A stretch of 64,000 nucleotides of DNA from Phoronis australis (taxonomy: Eukaryota > Animalia > Phoronida), in the NCBI GenBank assembly GCA_002633005.1, contig NMRA01000524.1:126381-190380 (forward strand). The letters are read 5' to 3'. Below are positions 62,701 to 64,000 of the stretch, in pieces. The notes under the pieces are model-generated. The model was not told where the DNA came from. It searched no databases and was given only the letters and a program-made list of their open reading frames with translations. The position numbers and the translations under genes are program-made. Position 1 is the first letter of the stretch. Each line of letters opens with the position of its first letter.

Positions 62701-63693
62701 TGTTTGTTGGTGTACAGGTCGGGTCGAAGCCACAGCTCATAGTCTCTCTCACCTCTGCAATAAAAGCAGAAATCAAGTACAATCAAATCTAACGTTGCGT
62801 AACATTGTACATTGTTTTACACGCAGCTAATCTCCTACTGTTGGAAAATGTCACAAACAAAAAATCCTATGAAACTTGCAAAATAATTTTGTTCAACTTA
62901 AAATAGCTGTAAAATTCGCGTTCTGTCAAAAAAACATCCACACTATGAGAAAACTTAGATCAAGTTTCTCCGGGAACGAGTGGTCGCTAGGTTTAGTAGT
63001 AGCATGGATACTGTTTGTGCTGGGGCATCTTCACCCACATGTGACAACTTATGCCACCTTTTCAAGATTCGAAGTAATTAATACCAATTGTGCTCTTACT
63101 CCGCTACACACACAGGGATGTGTAATCATTTTTCATTCCATATTTGTCGCAAGGTGTAGAGAGTGTAATGTGGATGCTCAGCTGAACAATGGCAAGTTGC
63201 TCTAGAGCATGTCACTGTAGGGTGACTTGTAGCGTGGAGAAGACTTTAGGACCTTAGACCACTCAACACAAAACTGATGTCAACTGTCTTGTTCTTCATT
63301 CAGGTGAGAAGTGATTTCTGCACTGAGGAAACAATACTGTCAGCTTTTCCCAAGTCCAGAAATCTCCTCTAAACTAAGTTAGCAACAACATGAGACCAGT
63401 TATATAACAGTAAGTGACTTAAATGTAAGTACTCACAAGGACTACTTCATTTTCAAGACAAAACGTATTCGAAATGTTCAAGGATTTACAAATTTTCACG
63501 TGAGCCTCGGTAAAAAGCCAAAGATATTCAGCTAAGTGAGATTGTCATGACACACTTACACTTTCACAGCCTTCTGAAGATTGCCACTTTCAAAACGAGA
63601 TTCGAATAATAACGTGTCATCCGCATCGGACGTCAGCTGGACAGTCGCGCGATGGCAACCATTACGGTACCCTCCGACACGTGATCGAAGAAA
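11601..63693 (-). CDS. AGBL2: Cytosolic carboxypeptidase 2/3-like (AGBL2/AGBL3 co-orthologue, M14D zinc carboxypeptidase / tubulin deglutamylase); multi-exon gene, 5' end outside the window
   Basis: Phase-consistent GT-AG exons encode [35 protein letters not shown] (Zn ligands H,E), [40 protein letters not shown] (catalytic Glu) and [11 protein letters not shown], all hallmarks of CCP2/3. AGBL2 cannot be separated from AGBL3 by eye. Confidence 0.93.
12811..14346 (-). mobile_element. Helentron-like (HINE) element, copy 2
   Basis: Starts AACAAGAGCAACGCAGAGCGTTGAAATGCGCCC. Ends with the GGAC microsatellite plus ATGCGTCCACATATAAATTTGTGGGCGCAT hairpin. Same internal ~450-bp higher-order repeat; 12915-13160 does not match the other copies. 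Confidence 0.8.
14523..14604 (-). mobile_element. Degenerate tRNA-derived fragment (SINE head or tRNA pseudogene)
   Basis: The minus strand has an anticodon-like arm TCTGC-ATGGTAA-GCAGA and a decayed B box GGTTTAAACTCC. No intact acceptor stem. Confidence 0.4.
14641..14796. mobile_element. hAT-type MITE (156 bp)
   Basis: Perfect 14-bp TIRs CAGTGCTGTAGTGG / CCACTACAGCACTG. 8-bp target-site duplication cgtgggac / cctgggac (1 mismatch). Confidence 0.8.
15395..15853 (-). CDS. AGBL2: AGBL2/3-like tail exon ([10 protein letters not shown]...SSRRE)
   Basis: Acceptor attgcag|, donor |gtgata, 459 nt, phase 0-0; lies within ORF 15341-15859. Read-through to the stop at 15341 is an alternative ending. 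Confidence 0.7.
16873..17147 (-). CDS. AGBL2: AGBL2/3-like tail exon ([10 protein letters not shown]...LEHDIR)
   Basis: Acceptor ctttacatatag|, donor |gtatgt. Open frame ending in phase 0, matching the next exon. Confidence 0.7.
17146..17797. repeat. 45-bp minisatellite, 14 full units plus a partial, with a 179-bp higher-order period; truncated by gap n17798
   Basis: Unit CTCTACATGTAAAGTAAATACAACGTYAAGTAATTGTATCAAGGA. Includes one 40-bp unit and a 44-bp unit every fourth copy. Confidence 0.97.
17799..17881 (-). CDS. AGBL2: AGBL2/3-like tail exon, truncated by the gap ([28 protein letters not shown]...)
   Basis: Acceptor ctctcccgttgcag|, phase 1 matching the previous exon, open until n17798. 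Confidence 0.6.
18133..19419 (-). mobile_element. Helentron-like (HINE) element, copy 3
   Basis: Same termini (AACAAGAGCAACGCGGAGCGTTGAAATGCGCCC ... ATGCGTCCAC..GTGGGTGCATAAAAA) and same internal array as copies 1 and 2. Confidence 0.8.
19891..20049 (-). CDS. AGBL2: AGBL2/3-like tail exon ([10 protein letters not shown]...GREGL)
   Basis: tttgtgcag| ... |gtaagt, 159 nt, phase 1-1. Confidence 0.7.
22480..22640 (+). repeat. Dispersed repeat fragment; related copy at ~50035-50130
   Basis: Shared diverged block TCAGCCACTTCTGA...CCAAAGT.AG.CAAATTT.GACA.TTTTTCTAGGGT. Confidence 0.55.
22960..23046 (-). CDS. AGBL2: AGBL2/3-like tail exon ([10 protein letters not shown]...DLHCT)
   Basis: cccctcctag| ... 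|gtaaaa, 87 nt, phase 1-1. Confidence 0.55.
23404..23609. mobile_element. Palindromic MITE / foldback element (~205 bp)
   Basis: Arms TTACTGAATAAACGTTTAGCCAAGT / ACTTGGCTAAACCTTTATTCAGTAA, with complementarity extending outward to GTTTCATGAAA / TTTCACGAAAC. Confidence 0.7.
23891..23959 (-). mobile_element. tRNA-derived SINE head
   Basis: Minus strand reads GGAGGCAGTGTGGCCTGGTTGATAAG (A box) ... GAGGTCGTGGGTTCAAGTCCCACCA (B box/T arm). The acceptor stem does not pair. Confidence 0.6.
25352..25448 (-). CDS. AGBL2: AGBL2/3-like tail exon ([10 protein letters not shown]...EYIKR)
   Basis: tttctttttag| ... |gtcagt, 97 nt, phase 0-1. An alternative internal phase-1 donor gtaagc lies at 25429. Confidence 0.65.
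26132..26250 (-). pseudogene. Decayed THAP zinc-finger N-terminus (transposon relic)
   Basis: [13 protein letters not shown] followed, after frameshifts and a stop, by [15 protein letters not shown]. This matches the M..C.V.GC.N ... F..FP pattern of THAP domains. Confidence 0.5.
27353..27580 (-). CDS. AGBL2: AGBL2/3-like tail exon ([10 protein letters not shown]...SNAFE)
   Basis: tgtgtttccag| ... |gtaaat, 228 nt, phase 0-0. Confidence 0.7.
29950..30098 (-). CDS. AGBL2: AGBL2/3-like tail exon ([10 protein letters not shown]...MNGHW)
   Basis: tattcattag| ... |gtaagg, 149 nt, phase 1-0. Confidence 0.7.
30923..31042 (-). CDS. AGBL2: AGBL2/3-like tail exon ([10 protein letters not shown]...QATGT)
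   Basis: ctgtttgactgcag| ... |gtaact, 120 nt, phase 1-1. Confidence 0.65.
31101..31135. repeat. (GACAC)7 microsatellite
   Basis: Directly visible. Confidence 0.95.
33319..33391 (-). CDS. AGBL2: AGBL2/3-like exon [24 protein letters not shown] (duplicate of 35305-35377)
   Basis: tctttttag| ... |gtgagg, 73 nt, phase 0-1. Differs from the other copy only by synonymous GAA/GAG. Confidence 0.65.
34161..34223 (-). CDS. AGBL2: AGBL2/3-like exon [21 protein letters not shown] (duplicate of 36145-36207)
   Basis: ccatctgtag| ... |gtaggc, 63 nt, phase 0-0. Confidence 0.5.
35305..35377 (-). CDS. AGBL2: AGBL2/3-like exon [24 protein letters not shown]
   Basis: tctttttag| ... |gtgagg, 73 nt, phase 0-1. 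Confidence 0.7.
36145..36207 (-). CDS. AGBL2: AGBL2/3-like exon [21 protein letters not shown]
   Basis: ccatctgtag| ... |gtaggc, 63 nt, phase 0-0. Confidence 0.55.
37350..37370 (-). CDS. AGBL2: Candidate 21-nt microexon KEKLLRE
   Basis: tttgatttcctgctcag|AAAGAGAAACTGCTCCGAGAA|gtaagt, phase 0-0 between phase-0 neighbours. Confidence 0.45.
38066..39524. repeat. ~730-bp direct duplication flanking gap n38797 (likely haplotype overlap)
   Basis: 38066-38796 and 38798-39524 are near-identical; the junction is a single n. Confidence 0.9.
38420..38672. mobile_element. Foldback/MITE-like inverted repeat (~80-bp arms, ~95-bp spacer); repeated at ~39149-39400 by the duplication
   Basis: Left arm AATTGATCGTTTCTTATTTT..CAACCAGAAAAGCATT..CAGCAGCCATCTT is the reverse complement of right arm AAGATGGCTGCTGA..AATGCTTTTCTGGTTGTGAAAATAAGAAACAATCAATT. 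Confidence 0.7.
40495..40608 (-). CDS. AGBL2: AGBL2/3-like tail exon ([10 protein letters not shown]...EKRKE)
   Basis: ttaatttcag| ... |gtaggt, 114 nt, phase 0-0. Confidence 0.7.
42342..42443 (-). CDS. AGBL2: AGBL2/3-like tail exon ([10 protein letters not shown]...SVETR)
   Basis: atcatttcag| ... |gtaaga, 102 nt, phase 0-0. Confidence 0.65.
42625..43045 (+). repeat. Dispersed repeat, related copy at ~52050-52450; this copy carries a 33-bp insertion of the HINE terminal hairpin (42737-42769)
   Basis: Shared blocks CTCAGAAAT, GAAACTTTCAGATA, TAATGCACTATTCTC, AAAATGTTCCA, TTTTTGAGAT and CCAATCAATG..GATTGGTAAAAAT. Confidence 0.7.
43083..43237. mobile_element. Short hAT-like MITE
   Basis: Imperfect termini CAGTGGCGGATTTAG ... 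CTGGTTCCGCCCCT with internal G and C runs. Target-site duplication not clear. Confidence 0.5.
43717..43815 (-). CDS. AGBL2: AGBL2/3-like exon [33 protein letters not shown]
   Basis: attttgtag| ... |gtgagt, 99 nt, phase 0-0. Basic patch of the kind that follows the catalytic domain in CCP2/3. Confidence 0.85.
44369..44438 (-). CDS. AGBL2: AGBL2/3-like exon (S)[23 protein letters not shown]
   Basis: gtgtttctag| ... |gtaacc, 70 nt, phase 2-0; GSDSS.SDGLP motif. Confidence 0.88.
44871..45013 (-). CDS. AGBL2: AGBL2/3-like exon [10 protein letters not shown]...SALES
   Basis: tgttcccag| ... |gtaagt, 143 nt, phase 0-2. Confidence 0.88.
46113..46255. mobile_element. Palindromic MITE-like remnant
   Basis: Inverted arms TTGACTCAAAAACTGACCAATCG / CGATTTGTCAGTTTTTGGGTCAA. 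Confidence 0.5.
47834..47959 (-). CDS. AGBL2: AGBL2/3-like exon [10 protein letters not shown]...DYCDPDPTK
   Basis: atctcctag| ... |gtaagc, 126 nt, phase 0-0. Confidence 0.93.
48287..48388 (-). CDS. AGBL2: AGBL2/3-like exon [34 protein letters not shown] (catalytic Glu)
   Basis: ttgttctag| ... |gtaagc, 102 nt, phase 0-0. Confidence 0.95.
48889..49048 (-). CDS. AGBL2: AGBL2/3-like exon with DLHGHS (third Zn ligand)
   Basis: ttcttttag| ... |gtatgt, 160 nt, phase 2-0. Confidence 0.95.
51415..51510 (+). promoter_or_regulatory. Putative proximal promoter of the nested DNase I-like gene
   Basis: TATATA (51415-51420), CCACCC box, CCACGTCA = TGACGTGG on minus (51457-51464), 17-bp tandem TCAGCATTAAGMTCAGA x2, GACGTGTCA (~51494) and Inr-like TCAGT (51506-51510). 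Confidence 0.4.
51527..51676 (+). CDS. DNASE1: DNase I-like exon 1 (signal peptide + [12 protein letters not shown])
   Basis: ATG at 51527; 50 codons; donor GAG|GCAAGT (GC-AG). Confidence 0.9.
51527..56813 (+). CDS. DNASE1: Deoxyribonuclease I-like protein, 7 coding exons, 356 aa, signal peptide and C-terminal KEEL; nested antisense in the AGBL intron
   Basis: join(51527-51676,52760-52848,53302-53385,54012-54175,54968-55238,55907-56018,56613-56813) = 1071 nt, fully phase-consistent. Motifs [42 protein letters not shown] and SDHYP. The symbol indicates family, not one-to-one orthology. Confidence 0.95.
52760..52848 (+). CDS. DNASE1: DNase I-like exon 2 ([15 protein letters not shown]...)
   Basis: tttccag| ... 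|gtaagt, 89 nt, phase 0-2. Confidence 0.93.
53302..53385 (+). CDS. DNASE1: DNase I-like exon 3 ([27 protein letters not shown])
   Basis: atttcag| ... |gtaaat, 84 nt, phase 2-2. Confidence 0.92.
54012..54175 (+). CDS. DNASE1: DNase I-like exon 4 (YQYDDG...[11 protein letters not shown])
   Basis: gtttccag| ... |gtaagt, 164 nt, phase 2-1. Confidence 0.93.
54968..55238 (+). CDS. DNASE1: DNase I-like exon 5 (His134, GDLNAGC, CAYD)
   Basis: cattgcag| ... |gtatga, 271 nt, phase 1-2. Confidence 0.95.
55907..56018 (+). CDS. DNASE1: DNase I-like exon 6 (FIVRG...[12 protein letters not shown]...)
   Basis: tctaacag| ... |gtaagt, 112 nt, phase 2-0. Confidence 0.92.
56613..56813 (+). CDS. DNASE1: DNase I-like exon 7 (SDHYP + acidic tail ending AKEEL*)
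   Basis: Acceptor attcctcag|, phase 0, 66 codons to TGA at 56811-56813. Confidence 0.92.
   Translation, partial: YENVSDHYPIQICLKKADGTIPEESCNEMAAPIDDLEFVKQGMDSYGEGHDKETPGESEIPAKEEL
56916..57035. mobile_element. Short MITE-like insertion in the probable DNase 3' UTR
   Basis: Imperfect termini CAGGGGCGGATC ... GATCAGCCACAG, flanked on both sides by ATAAG. Confidence 0.45.
57437..57442 (+). terminator. Candidate polyadenylation signal of the DNase I-like gene
   Basis: AATAAA ~620 nt after the stop, followed by a GT/T-rich tract (~57457-57470). Confidence 0.4.
58123..58292 (-). CDS. AGBL2: AGBL2/3-like exon with [24 protein letters not shown]
   Basis: tatctacag| ... |gtgagt, 170 nt, phase 0-2. 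Confidence 0.96.
59305..59415 (-). CDS. AGBL2: AGBL2/3-like exon with [16 protein letters not shown] (Zn ligands)
   Basis: ttttgacag| ... |gtatta, 111 nt, phase 0-0. Confidence 0.96.
59798..59935 (-). CDS. AGBL2: AGBL2/3-like exon DYIANIAND...LCRTLAGN...EKAK
   Basis: tcattgcag| ... |gtaata, 138 nt, phase 0-0. Confidence 0.95.
60995..61115 (-). CDS. AGBL2: AGBL2/3-like exon ...YYALTF...[11 protein letters not shown]
   Basis: gattacag| ... |gtgagt, 121 nt, phase 2-0. Confidence 0.95.
61736..61857 (-). CDS. AGBL2: AGBL2/3-like exon [15 protein letters not shown]...GW...IKYYK
   Basis: cattcacag| ... |gtaagt, 122 nt, phase 0-2. Confidence 0.95.
61845..62420. repeat. Degenerate minisatellite, ~38-43-bp units (alternating, ~81-bp dimer)
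   Basis: Recurring ACAGACTGTCAGGCTGTGAATGGAC...TCACATGGTT. The first unit overlaps the AGBL exon/acceptor junction at 61857/61858. Confidence 0.8.
62622..62754 (-). CDS. AGBL2: AGBL2/3-like exon [24 protein letters not shown]...VNFMK
   Basis: ttattgcag| ... |gttagt, 133 nt, phase 2-0. Confidence 0.96.
63560..63693 (-). CDS. AGBL2: AGBL2/3-like exon FLRSRVGG...[17 protein letters not shown] (most 5' exon found in the window)
   Basis: ctattccag| ... |gtaagt, 134 nt, phase 0-2; FESGNL motif of Nna1/CCP prodomains. Confidence 0.95.
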
Positions 63694-64000
63694 CTGGAAT
63701 AGCAACCATGCCAATTAGCATAATTATTTTATACATATGCATAATGATGACCAGATTGGTGATTACATTACAATAAGTGACAGAAAACACTACAGTAACT
63801 ATGGCTGCGCAACTATAGAAAATGTAATCAATAAGTTCAGGTCTATGGCGTACTGTATGCCGTCACGATGAGACAATCTATCCTTCAGTACTAACACAGA
63901 ATATCAAAATAACCGGATTTTAATGCAGTTCTTAGAATAGACGTACGCGTATGTTCACAGAATGAAAACTCCCGAGCTTGTGGACGTAATATGCATCAAC

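Overview
Animal (bilaterian, probably marine-invertebrate) genomic DNA: AT-rich, with spliceosomal introns and four single-n scaffold gaps (8566, 17798, 34466, 38797). Most of the window (11601-63693, minus strand) is a multi-exon cytosolic carboxypeptidase gene of the AGBL2/AGBL3 (CCP2/3, M14D tubulin deglutamylase) type. Its 5' end lies outside the window, and it has a very long low-complexity C-terminal tail. Nested antisense in its ~9 kb intron (49049-58122) is a complete 7-exon DNase I-family gene (51527-56813, 356 aa). That protein has a signal peptide, a C-terminal KEEL ER-retrieval-type signal, Gln in place of catalytic-pair Glu78 and a Cys-bounded loop insertion; the gene has a GC-AG first intron and a UPRE-like promoter motif. 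Three copies of a non-autonomous Helentron (HINE/DINE-like) element carry internal tandem arrays with a co-oriented CTCF-like motif about every 150 bp. Also present: two minisatellites built from 3' splice sites, a candidate 21-nt microexon, a putative spliced transcript with a poly-proline-ending short ORF, L1/Tx1 and THAP relics, MITEs, tRNA-derived fragments and gap-flanking haplotype duplications. All exon calls are manual (splice consensus plus phase continuity); no database search was possible.
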